Of a stretch of DNA of 64,000 bases, positions 46,301-57,133 are shown piece by piece. Origin of the DNA: Mobula hypostoma. Taxonomy: Eukaryota. The notes under the pieces are model-generated. The model had not been told where the DNA came from. It was given only the letters and a program-made list of their open reading frames with translations, and did no database searches. A program made the translations under genes and the position numbers. Location of the stretch: NCBI RefSeq assembly GCF_963921235.1, contig NC_086108.1, positions 11,904,001-11,968,000 on the forward strand, written 5' to 3'. How positions within the stretch are numbered: position 1 is the stretch's first letter; each line of letters opens with the position of its first letter.

Positions 46301-49300
46301 CTTGGAAAAGGAAGAGCCGGTCAGTGTGTTGGAGACGGAGGTGCCAGTCAGTGTTTTGGAGAAGGAGGAGAAGGTCAGTATGTTGGAGAAGGAGGAGATG
46401 GTCAGTGTCTTGGAAAAGGAGGAGCCGGTCGGTGTGTTGGAGATGGAGGAGGCAGTCAGTGTTTTGGAGAAGAAGGAGATGGTCAGTGTGTTGGAGAAGG
46501 AGGAGATGGTCAGTGTGTTGGAGAAGGAGGAGATGGTCAGTGTGTTGGAGAAGGAGGAGATGGTCAGTGTGTTGGAGAAGGAGGAGATGGTCAGTGTGTT
46601 GGAGAAGGAGGAGATGGTCAGTGTGTTGGAGAAGGAGGAGATGGTCAGTGTGTTGGAGAAGGAGGAGATGGTCAGTGTGTTGGAGAAGGAGGAGATGGTC
46701 AGTGTGTTGGAGAAGGAGGAGATGGTCAGTGTTTTGGAGAAGGAGGAGATGGTCAGTGTGTTGGAGAAGGAGGAGATGGTCAGTGTGTTGGAGAAGGAGG
46801 AGATGGTCAGTGTGTTGTAGAAGGAGGAGATGGTTGGTCTGTTGGAGAAGGAGGAGATGGTTAGTGTGTTTGAAAAGGAGGACATGGTCAGTGTGTTGGA
46901 GAGGGAGGAGATGGTCAGTGTGTTGGAGAAGGAGGAGATGGTCAGTGTGTTGGAGAAGGAGGAGATGGTCAGTGTGTTGGAGAGGGAGGAGATGGTCAGT
47001 GTGTTGGAGAAGGAGGAGATGGTCAGTGTGTTGGAGAAGGAGGAGATGGTCAGTGTGTTGGAGAAGGAGGAGATGGTCAGTGTGTTGGAGAAGGAGGAGA
47101 TGGTCAGTGTGTTGGAGAAGGAGGAGATGGTCAGTGTGTTGGAGAAGGAGGAGATGGTCAGTGTGTTGGAGAAGGAGGAGATGGTCAGTGTGTTGGAGAA
47201 GGAGGACAGGGTCAGTGTGTTGGAGCAGGAGGAGCCGGTCAGTGTGTTGGAGCAGGAGTAGATGGTCAGTGTGTTGGAGAAGGAGGAGAAGGTCACTGTG
47301 TTGGAGAAGGGGGAGATGGTCAGTGTGTTGGAGAAGGAGGAAATGGGCAGTGTGTTGGAGAAGGTGGAGATGGTCAGTGTGTTGGAGAAGGAGGAGATGG
47401 TCAGTGTGTTGGAGAAGGAGGAGATGGTCAGTGTGTTGGAGAAGGAGGAGATGGTCAGTGTGTTGGAGAAGGAGGAGATGGTCAGTGTGTTGGAGAAGGA
47501 GGAGATGGTCAGTGTGTTGGAGAAGGAGGAGATGGTCAGTGTGTTGGAGAGGGAGGAGATGGTCAGTGTGTTGGAGAAGGAGGAGATGGTCAGTGTGTTG
47601 GAGAAGGAGGAGATGGTCAGTGTGTTGGAGAAGGAGGAGATGGTCAGTGTGTTGGAGAAGGAGGAGATGGTCAGTGTGTTGGAGAGGGAGGAGATGGTCA
47701 GTGTGTTTGAGAAGGAGGAGATGGTTAGTGAGTTGGAGAAGGAGGAGATGGTCAGTGTGTTGGAGAAGGAGGAGATGGTCAGTGTGTTGGAGAAGGAGGA
47801 GATGGTCAGTGTGTTGGAGAAGGAGGAGATGGTCAGTGTGTTGGAGAAGGAGGAGATGGTCAGTGTGTTGGAGAAGGAGGAGATGGTCAGTGTGTTGGAG
47901 AAGGAGGAGATGGTCAGTGTGTTGGAGAGGGAGGAGATGGTCAGTGTGTTGGAGAAGGTGGAGATGGTCAAACTGTTGGAGAAGAAGGGGATGGTCAGTG
48001 TGTTGGAGAAGGAGGAGATGGTCAGTGTGTGGAAAGGAGAGATGGTCGTGTTGGAGAAGGAGGAGATGGTCAGTGTGTTGGAGAAGGAGGAGATGGTCAG
48101 TGTGTTGGAGAAGGAGGAGATGGTCGGTGTGTTGGAGAAGGAGGAGATGGTCAGTGTGTTGGAGAAGGAGGAGATGGTCAGTGTGTTGGAGAAGGAGGAG
48201 ATGGTTCAGTGTGTTGGAGAAGGAGGAGATGGTAGTGTGTTGGAGAAGGAGGAGATGGTCAGTGTGTTGGAGAAGGAGGAGATGGTCAGTGTGTTGGAGA
48301 GGGAGGAGATGGTCAGTGTGTTGGAGAAGGAGGAGATGGTCAGTGTGTTGGAGAAGGAGGAGATGGTCAGTGTGTTGTAGAAGGAGGAGATGGTCAGTGT
48401 GTTGGAGAAGAGAGGAGATGGTCAGTGTGTTGGAGAAGGAGGAGATGGTCAGTGTGTTGGAGAAGGAGGAGATGGTCAGTGTGTTGGAGAAGGAGGAGAT
48501 GGTCAGTGTGTTGTAGAAGGAGGAGATGGTGGTGTGTTGGAGAAGGAGGAGATGGTCAGTGTGTTGGAGAAGGAGGAGATGGTCAGTGTGTTGGAGAAGG
48601 AGGAGATGGTCAGTGTGTTGGAGAAGGAGGAGATGGTCAGTCTGTTGGAGAAGGAGGAGATGGTCAGTGTGTTGTAGAAGGAGGAGATGGTCAGTGTGTT
48701 GGAGAAGGAGGAGATGGTCAGTGTGTTGGAGAAGGAGGAGATGGTCAGTGTGTTGGAGAAGGAGAAGATGGTCAGTGTGTTGGAGAAGGAGGAGATGGTC
48801 AGTGTGTTGGAGAAGGAGGAGATGGTCAGTGTGTTGGAGAGGGAGGAGATGGTCAGTGTGTTGGAGAAGGAGGAGATGGTCAGTGTGTTGGAGAAGGAGG
48901 AGATGGTCAGTGTGTTGGAGAAGGAGCAGATAGTCAATGTGTTGGAGAAGGAGGAGATGGTCAGTGTGTTGGAGAAGGAGGAGGTGGTCTGTCTGTTGGA
49001 GAAGAAGATGATGTACAATGTTTTGGAGAGGGAGGAGATGGTCAGTGTGTTGGAGAAGGAGGAGATGGTCAGTGTGTTGGAGAAGGAGGAGATGGTCAGT
49101 GTGTTGGAGAAGGAGGAGATGGTCAGTGTGTTGGAGAAGGAGGAGATGTTCAGTGTGTTGGTGAAGGAGGACAGGGTCAGTGTGTTGGAGCAGGGTGAGC
49201 CGGTCAGTGTGTTGGAGCAGGAGTAGATGGTCAGTGTTTTGGAGAAGGAGGAGATGGTCAGTGTGTTGGAGAAGGAGGAGATGGTCAGTGTTGTTGGAGA

Positions 49301-51900
49301 AGGAGGAGATGGTCAAACAGGAGGTAAGTAAGGGCAGGAGGAGATGGCCGGTCGGTGTGTTGAAGTAGGAGCAGATGGTCAGTGTGTTGGAGAAGGATTA
49401 GACGGTCAGTGTATTGGAGAAGGAGGAGATGGTCAGTGTGTTGGAGATGGAGAAGAAGGTCAGTGTGTTGGAGAAGGAAGAGATGGTCAGTGTGTTGGAG
49501 AAGGAAGAGTTGGTCAGTGTGTTGGAGAAGGAGGAGATGGTCAGTGTGTTGGAGAATGTTGGAGGGGAGATGATTTAAGAGGAGGGCAGTGTGTTGGAGA
49601 AGGAGGAGATGGTCAGTGTGTTGGAGAAGGAGGAGATGGTCAGTGTGTTGGAGAAGGAGGTGATGGTCAGTGTGTTGGAGAAGGTGGAGATGGTCAAACT
49701 GTTGGAGAAGAAGGGGATGGACAGTGTGTTGGAGAAGGAAAAGATGTTAGTGTGTTGGAGAAGGAGGAGATGGTCAGTGTGTTGGAGAAGGAGGAGATGG
49801 TCGGTCTGTTGGAGAAGGAGGAGATGGTCAGTGTGTTGGAGAAGGAGAAGATAGTTAATGTGTAGGAGAATGAGGAGATGGTCAGTGTGTTGGAGAAGGA
49901 GGAGGTGGTCTGTCTGTTGGAGAAGAAGAGGATGGACAGTGTTTTGGAGTGGGAGGAGATGGTCACTGTGTTGGAGAAGGAGGAGATGGGCAGTGTGTTG
50001 GAGATGGAGGAGATGGTCAGTGTGTTGGAGAAGGAGGAGATGGTCAGTGTGTTGGAGAAGGAGGAGATGGTCAGTGTGTTGGAGAAGGAGGAGATGGTCA
50101 GTGTGTTGGAGAAGGAGGAGATGGTCAGTGTGTTGGAGAAGGAGGAGATGGTCAGTGTGTTGGAGAGGGAGGAGATGGTCAGTGTGTTGGAGAAGGAGGA
50201 GATGGTCAGTGTGTTGGAGAGGGAGGAGATGGTCAGTGTGTTGGAGAAGGAGGAGATGGTCAGTGTGTTGGAGAAGGAGGAGATGGTCAGTGTGTTGGAA
50301 AAGGAGGAGATGGTCAGTGTGTTGGAGACGGAGGAGATGGTCAGTGTGTTGGAGAAGGAGGAGATGGTCAGTGTGTTGGAGAAGGAGGAGATGGTCAGTG
50401 TGTTGGAGAAGGAGGAGATGGTCAGTGTGTTGGAGAGGGAGGAGATGGTCAGTGTGTTGGAGAAGGAGGAGATGGTTAGAGAGTTGGAGAAGGAGGAGAT
50501 GGTCAGTGCGTTGGAGAAGGAGGAGATGGTCAGTGTGTTGGAGAAGGAGGAGATGGTCAGTGTGTTGGAGAGGGAGGAGATGGTCAGTGTGTTGGAGAAG
50601 GAGGAGATGGTCAGTGTGTTGGAGAAGGAGGAGATGGTCACTGTGTTGGAGAAGGAGGAGATGGTCAGTGTGTTGGAGAAGGAGGAAATGGTCAGTGTGT
50701 TGGAGAAGGTGGAGATGGTCAAACTGTTGGAGATGAAGGGGATGGTCAGTGTGTTGGAGAAGGAGGAGATGGTCAGTGTGTTGTAGAAGGAGGAGATGTT
50801 CGGTCTGTTGGAGAAGGAGGAGATGGTCAGTGTGTTGGAGAAGGAGGAGATGGTCAGTGTGTTGGAGAAGGAGGAGATGGTCAGTGTGTTGGAGAAGGAG
50901 GAGATGGTCAGTGTGTTGGAGAAGGAGGAGATGGTCAGTGTGTTGGAGAAGGAGGAGATGGTCAGTGTGTTGGAGAGGGAGGAGATGGTCAGTGTGTTGG
51001 AGAAGGAGGAGATGGTCAGTGTGTTGGAGAAGGAGGAGATGGTCAGTGTGTTGAAAAGGGGGAGGAGATGGTCAGTGTGTTGGAGAGGGAGGAGATGGTC
51101 AGTGTGTTGGAGAAGGAGGAGATGGGCAGTGTGTTGGAGAAGGAGGAGATGGTCAGTGTGTTGAAGAAGGAGGAGATGGTCAGTGTGTTGGAGATGGAGG
51201 GGATGGTCAGTGTGTTGGAGAGGGAGGCGATGGTCAGTGTGTTCTAGCAGGAGGAGATTGTCTGTGTATTGGGGAAGGAGGAGATGGTTGGTGTGTTGGA
51301 GAAGGAGGAGATGGTCAGTGTGTTGGAGAAGGAGGAGATGGTCAGTGTGTTGTAGAAGGAGGAGATGGTCGGTGTGTTGGAGAAGGAGGAGATGGTCAGT
51401 GTCTTGGAGAAGGAGGAGATGGTCAGTGTGTTGGAGAAGGAGGAGATGGTCAGTGTGTTGGAGAAGGAGGAGATGGTCAGTGTGTTGGAGAAGGAGGAGA
51501 TGGTCAGTGTGTTGGAGAAGGAGGAGATGGTCAGTGTGTTGGAGAAGGAGGAGATTGTAAGTGTGTTGGAGAAGAAGGAGGTTGTCTGTGTGTTGGAGGA
51601 GGAGCAGATGGTCAGTGTATTGGAGAAGGAGGAGATGATCAGTGTGTTGGAGAGATAGGAGATGGTCAATGTGTTGGAGAAGGAGGAGATGGTCAGTGTG
51701 TTGTGGAAGTAGGAGATGGTCGGTGTGTTCGAGAAGGAGCAGATGGTTAGTGTGTTGGAGAGGGAGGAGATTTTTCATTGTGTTGGAGAGATAGGAGAAG
51801 GTCAGTGTGTTGGAGAAGGAGGAGCCTGCGCTATTTTGGGGATGCAGGATATGGCTGGTGTTTCGCGGAAGGTGGAGCTGGCCAGTGTGTTGGAGGAGCT
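4360..51900. repeat. Giant 27-bp tandem repeat (minisatellite-type satellite), ~47.5 kb, ~1,750 units, consensus GGAGAAGGAGGAGATGGTCAGTGTGTT
   Basis: Unit read directly throughout in one orientation with no foreign insertion seen. It gives 9-aa repeats GEGGDGQCV, EKEEMVSVL, RRRRWSVCW (+) and NTLTISSFS, QHTDHLLLL (-). Copy number is length divided by 27. Confidence 0.99.
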
Positions 51901-52359
51901 GGACTGGGTTCAGCAAGTTGACTTGAGAGTAGACACTGTTGCTGCCTGCTACTCAAAGGCATTAGAGTTTGGGCACGAAGGCGGCATGCAGTGTAACTGT
52001 GTGTGATTGTCTTGGTCATTTCTCTTCTGACTTGAAGTCCCTCTAGATCTTTAATAACATAAGAGGCCACTGGGCTGTTCCTATTTTTTGGTGGTACTAC
52101 AGGCTGTGTTGAAGCTGCGTAGCTTTGGTTGTAGCAAGGACTAGGTTTTCAGCTGTGAGCATGCCTGCTGCTGCAGTCCAAGTGAGGAGACAGCAGACAC
52201 AGTGTAGCATGGTGTTCATGCTCAGTTGGGGAATGGCCTCTCCCATCAGTGCTGGCCTCCATTCTTCAGTTGGTGAAATGAAAGGTTTTATTGCCTGTAA
52301 ATGTAGTATCAATTTGTAGGACATGTCGCTCAGGGTCTTGGTCTACGTATGTCTTTTTG

Positions 52360-52500
52360 CGTGAATATGTTGTTTTCTCGCTTGATATATACAGTATGCG
52401 CTGTATATGTTTTGCACCTTGGCCCCAGTGGAACGTTGTTTTGTTCAGCTGTATCCACATGTGGTTGAATGATAATTAAACTTGATTTGATTTGATTGAT
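52360..52500 (+). mobile_element. LINE 3' tail fragment (Rex1/Babar-like)
   Basis: TGTTTTGCACCTTGGCCCCAGTGGAACG...GAATGATAATTAAACTTGATTTGATTTGATTG: short tandem-repeat tail after an ATTAAA signal. Confidence 0.6.
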
Positions 52501-52534
52501 TGTAATTGAAATGCCCCTTGGAGTTCTCCTCCTA

Positions 52535-52765
52535 GGCTGTGGGGGATGAGTGCAAAGGGCAGAGGAGGGGACAGTGAGTGGGATGGAGAGGGGAGGGAGA
52601 GGGAGGAGGGACAGAGAAAGGGTAGTGTGAGTGGAATGGACAGCACTGGGGAAGGGGCAGGGAAGGTGACCGGGGATGAAGCGGGAGGGGAAAGCAGAGT
52701 GGCATTGGAGGGCAGAGGGGGGATGTCACTGGTTGGGCAGTGATGGGCTGAGGGAAGGAGAGGCC
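52535..52765. repeat. G/A-rich low-complexity tract
   Basis: GGGAGGGAGAGGGAGGAGGG-type purine-rich sequence with many G runs. Confidence 0.7.
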
Positions 52766-52879
52766 CAGTTGGATTGTTGTTTGGTAGTTTGAAGGACAAG
52801 TAATTTTGGGTGAGTAGCAGATGGGAGAGGGACTCACAGTTCCCTGATTGATTTTCAAATGAAGCAGCCAGGAACTGAC

Positions 52880-53415
52880 TTGCTGATGTGGAGGCCAGGA
52901 GTTGCTGACCAGATGTGGATGCCAGGGCTGATTTACAGATCTGGGGGTTTGGGTTTTATGGACAGATGTGGAAGCCAACGGTTGATGCACAGATGTGGAG
53001 GGATGGAGTTGCTGACTAGATGTGGATGCCAGGGCTGATTTATACATCTGGGGGTTTGGGTTTTATGGACAGATGTGGAGGGATGGAGTTGCTGGACAAA
53101 TGTAGTGGCCAAATCTGATTTATAGATGAGGAGGTATGGGATTTATGGACAGATGTAGAGGCCACGGCTGATTTACAGATGTGGAAATTTGGCTTTTATG
53201 GACGAATGTGGAAGGCAGGAGTAGACAGACAAATGTGGAAGCCAAGGGTTGATGGATAGATGTGGAGTCCCAGGATTGATGGACAGATGTAGTGTTCCTG
53301 GGTTTATGGTCAGATGTCATCTAGGGTTTCTGGACAAATGTGGAGGCTAGAAGTAATTTACGGATGTGGAGGTTTGGATTTTATGGACGGATGTGAAGTC
53401 CCAGGGTTGATCGAC
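52880..53415. repeat. Old degenerate 26-27-bp minisatellite, left half (approximate consensus AGATGTGGAGGCCAGGGTTGATGGAC)
   Basis: The GGACAGATGTGGAG motif recurs every 26-27 bp for ~20 units. Confidence 0.85.
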
Positions 53416-53424
53416 ATACATATT

Positions 53425-54265
53425 GGTCACTTATCAGCAATGATGAGCAGTCGGCATACAGAGAGGCAGTAGAGAGGCTTGTTAAGTGGTGTGAGAGTAA
53501 TAACTTGAGGTTCCACATGGACAAGACAAAAAAGAAGATTGGGGAATTCAGGAAGGCACAGTCCGACCACTCTCCATTGCACATCATTGGCTCTACCAGG
53601 AAGAGAGTGAAGGGCACAAGGTTCCTTGGTGAGCACATAACAGTCAAACTAATCTGCTCATTAGTCAAGAAGGCATGTAGTATCAACACTTTCTGAGGAC
53701 AATGAGATGTGCAAGGCTCTCCGCCCCCATTCTAATACTTTCTACAGGAGCCCCATTGAGAGTGTCATGTCTGGCTGCATTACTTTCTGGCATGAAAGCT
53801 GCAAGGTGTTACAGAGGATAGAAATAGTAAAAACTGTTCTCCCTCCTCCCTATTTATGACATTTACTGGAAGTGCTGTAGATAAAGGGCCCAAAGCATTG
53901 TTGAGGATCCCTCCCTCCCTCCCACCCATCCCACAATCTCTTTGACCCACTACCTTCAAGAAGGAGGAACAGGAGCATCAGGACTAGGACTGCTAGTCTG
54001 GTTAACAGCTTCTTCCTTCAGGCTGAGAGACTAATTGATACCCTGTCACCACAAGGTCTCATCACTGGAGGTTTACTGTTTACTGGTTACTGTTTGTCTG
54101 TGCTGTATACTACATGCATTTTGGGATTATACTTTATTTACTTATTTATGGTAATATTTTGTTTTATGTGCAGTGTGATATACCCTGTGGGTGCACTGTG
54201 GTCCAGAGGAATATTATTTCATTTAGTTGTAAACCTGAACTTAAACGTGAACTTGGCTTGAACTT
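53425..54265 (+). mobile_element. 5'-truncated, decayed Rex1/Babar LINE (C-terminal RT region plus 3' UTR)
   Basis: Reads LISNDEQSAYREAVERLVKWCESNNLRFHMDKTKKKIGEFRK, then (with frameshifts) HFLR, TFYRSPIESVMSGCITFW and HPSHNLFDPLPSRRRNRSIRTRTASLVNSFFLQAERL; GAACTT-type tail. Confidence 0.9.
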
Positions 54266-54525
54266 ATCAGTGTTGCTGGACAGATATGGGGGTCAATCAT
54301 TGCTGGGCAGATGAGGGGGTCAGTGGTTGCTGGCCAGAAGTGGAGGCCTGTAGTTGAACATCAGATGTGAATGTCAGTATTAATGGACAGATATGAGGCC
54401 AGAGTTTGCTGGACAGATGGGGAGGATAGTGGTTGCTGAACTGATGTGGAGGTCCAGGGTTGCTGGGTATATGTGGGGGTCAGTGGATTGCTGGACAGAT
54501 TTGGAGGTTCAGGGTTGCCAGGCAG
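54266..54525. repeat. Old degenerate 26-27-bp minisatellite, right half
   Basis: GTTGCTGGACAGAT.TGG.GG units resume right after the LINE tail. Confidence 0.8.
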
Positions 54526-56174
54526 AATAAGAAACAGGCATCACTTTCAGTAGAATCTCTGTTCCCTTGCACAGGTAGGCCATGTGTAGGATTGAGTCCC
54601 ACGCCATGTGTGGATTAAGTCCAGACTCCCACAGGAACAGCCTAATGTGCCCTTGGGCGGCACCCTGCAGGCAAGGTCAATGATGAAAGTAAGATCGGTT
54701 CTGGGAGGTTGGAATGCTGGAGTCGGGAAGAGCAGTGTGAGGAAAGAGGGTTGGTTTGCTTTTCAATTTCCACTATCATCTTTTCCAAAAGTCAACATAC
54801 TAGAAACCCACAAGGTCAAGAGACCAGAAAACCTACCTCGGAGCCAGAAGCAATATTACTGAGGACACACTATAACATTACTGAGTCTTGCAGCAACATA
54901 AAGGGGCAGGACAGCTTGGGGTATGGACAGATTAAATTTCCCTGTACACCATCCCATCATATCAGGACAGGCCTAGCAGGGCTCATGTACAAAGTGAAGT
55001 TCCCTTGACTCCTCAGTGAGTGACACTGAGGGGTCAGCGTTTCCTTCACATCAAACTCTTCTGTTCTTTTGACAGTTTACAATGTGACACCGTGATAATA
55101 AGAACTGGAGTGAGATTTGCAGAGAGACCCTCCACACAAGAAGTATGAGAAAACTCATTGTCTTCCTTTAAATCCTGAACAGCCTCTCCACCAGGGTGAG
55201 AGTTAGCATTCTTAACACTAAAAGAGAGTTCTTTAACTTTGGAACTGGACAAACTTTTAAATCCATCCTGTAGAAAATTGGGCACCCAAAAGCTTCAACA
55301 GAGTGTAGAATTGGGATGTGAACGTAATTGCAAATTAACCGTTATCAACCGCACCTTGTCAGCAGATATCACTGACTGGCAACACCGTGCAAGATGTATT
55401 TAAATAGGTTGTCAGCATGTTCAGGAAGATATCAGTTTTTAAATATGGATTATGTCTCCCTTACAGTTTCCCTTTGTGGCGTGATGGCATTGCCATCAGT
55501 CGGCCGACAGGTCCCTGCATGTTATCTCCAAGTGCCAGCTGGGCTGCAGGATGAACTGACAGAGGAAGATCAGTGATGAGATTCGCTAATGCTTTGGGAT
55601 TTTCTACTTTGATCCAATCAGGGTGCTTCACTCCAGTTCATTTGACTTGCTTGGAAGCATGGTACAGTCACATCCTTGGTGCCCAGACACAATCCCAAAA
55701 GTATCCCACACATCGCGGACTGCAAGCGCTGTATTCAGCAATTGTCAGATATTGGAGACACTGGAGGAAAATTAGGATCCTCCTTGGAATTGTCATCATA
55801 AATTACGTGCCTTCCACCAGGTCCTTCAATCAAAAATAGGAATCCAATACAAAGAGTTGCTCAGACTTTAATCTCAGACTGAAAAGTGCAATGGAGTTTA
55901 CAGAGATGGTTGAGGTAACTAGAAGAAAGTAGCAAAGTGGTTCAGATCATCAGCTCAACTAATGATTGCAGTAAATGTCAATTGTTCATGTAAACTCTAT
56001 ACACAAAGAAACCTCCAAATGAACACTTTGCACCTCAACCACAAACATTAAATTGGTCCCTTGCTGAATGAAACTGCTTTGTTCAGCCAAATGCTGAATC
56101 TCCAGATTCAGTTCACTGCTGGTGTTGTGAGTGAATACAGAGCATTGGGTACTGCTTCATCTCAGCCTGTGATT

Positions 56175-56578
56175 GACCATAAGACCATAGGAGCAAAAAT
56201 AGGCAATTTGGTCCATCAATTCTGCTCCGTCATTTAATCAAAGCTGATCTCTTTTCCCTCTCTGCACCAATCTCCTGCTTTCTCCTGATAGCTGTTCAAG
56301 AATCTATCAACCTTTGACTTAACTACACCCAATGATTTGGCATCCACAGCTACATATGGCAATAAATTCCACAGGTCCACCACCCTCCGGCTAAAAAAAT
56401 TCCTCCTCATCTCCGTTCTAAAAGAATGCCCGTCTATTCTGAGGCTGAGTCCTCTGGTCTTAGACTCCCCCACCATAGGAATCATCCTCCCCACATCAGC
56501 TCTATTGAGACCCTTCACTATTCAACAGGGTTCAATGAAGTCACCCCTCATTCTTCTGAATTCCAGTGAGTAGAGGAG
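56175..56578 (-). mobile_element. CR1 LINE 3' fragment
   Basis: ORF 56234..56518 (GESKTRGLSLRIDGHSFRTEMRRNFFSRRVVDLWNLLP) is a CR1 ORF2 C-terminus; GACCATAA-type tail at the left end. Confidence 0.92.
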
Positions 56579-56679
56579 GCGCAGAGGCCAGACTGGTTCA
56601 GCCTAAAGATACAAAACCACAAAGGACCCATGGCAATGCACAGAGCAACCTGAAGATGAACAACTGACTCTACTTGAGT

Positions 56680-57133
56680 AACTCGCTTAAGCATTGAAGT
56701 CGAGCTGGTATGCACCACTTGTGCTGGAAGATCGTTCCACACTCTGAAGACCAGCTGTGTGAAGACATTTCCCTTCATGTCTCTCTTATACTTTTCACCT
56801 TTCGCCCTTAACCCATGACCTCTGGTTGTAGTCCCACCCAAACTCAGTGAGAAAAAGCCTGCTTGCATTTACCCCTCATAATTGTGTATTGTTCAAATCT
56901 CTCCTCATTCCCAAATGCTCAGTATTGACCTCTCCCCACCTGTTCTAAAGAATTAAGTCCTAATCTATTCAATCTTTCCTTACAACTCTGGCCCTCCAGA
57001 CGTGCAACATCCTTGTAAATTTTCTCTGCCTTCTTTCCACCTTATTTAAAACCTTCCTGTAGGTAGGTAGGTGACCAAAACAGCACACAACATTCCAAAT
57101 TAGGCCTCACTAACGTTTTATACAATTTCAAGA
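56680..57133 (-). mobile_element. CR1 LINE fragment (second subfamily), interrupted by an LTR
   Basis: ORF 56548..56868 TTTRGHGLRAKGEKYKRDMKGNVFTQLVFRVWNDLP; upstream TLVRPNLECCVLFWSP-like coding on the minus strand at ~57070-57120. Confidence 0.9.

Noticed and set aside
4360..51900. CRISPR array or diversity-generating cassette array
   Set aside because: Units are directly adjacent with no unique spacers, no cas or RT genes of that type are present, and the context is vertebrate-like.
4360..51900. Immunoglobulin switch region
   Set aside because: G-rich and repetitive, but the consensus lacks AGCT/GAGCT motifs and no Ig exons are visible.
4340..51916. Very long ORFs (up to 1645 aa) of EKEEMVSVL, GEGGDGQCV, RRRRWSVCW, NTLTISSFS or QHTDHLLLL repeats
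   Set aside because: The 27-bp unit has no stop in 5 of 6 frames. The ORFs overlap, swap frames at indels, contain no unique domain, and show no synonymous-site bias.
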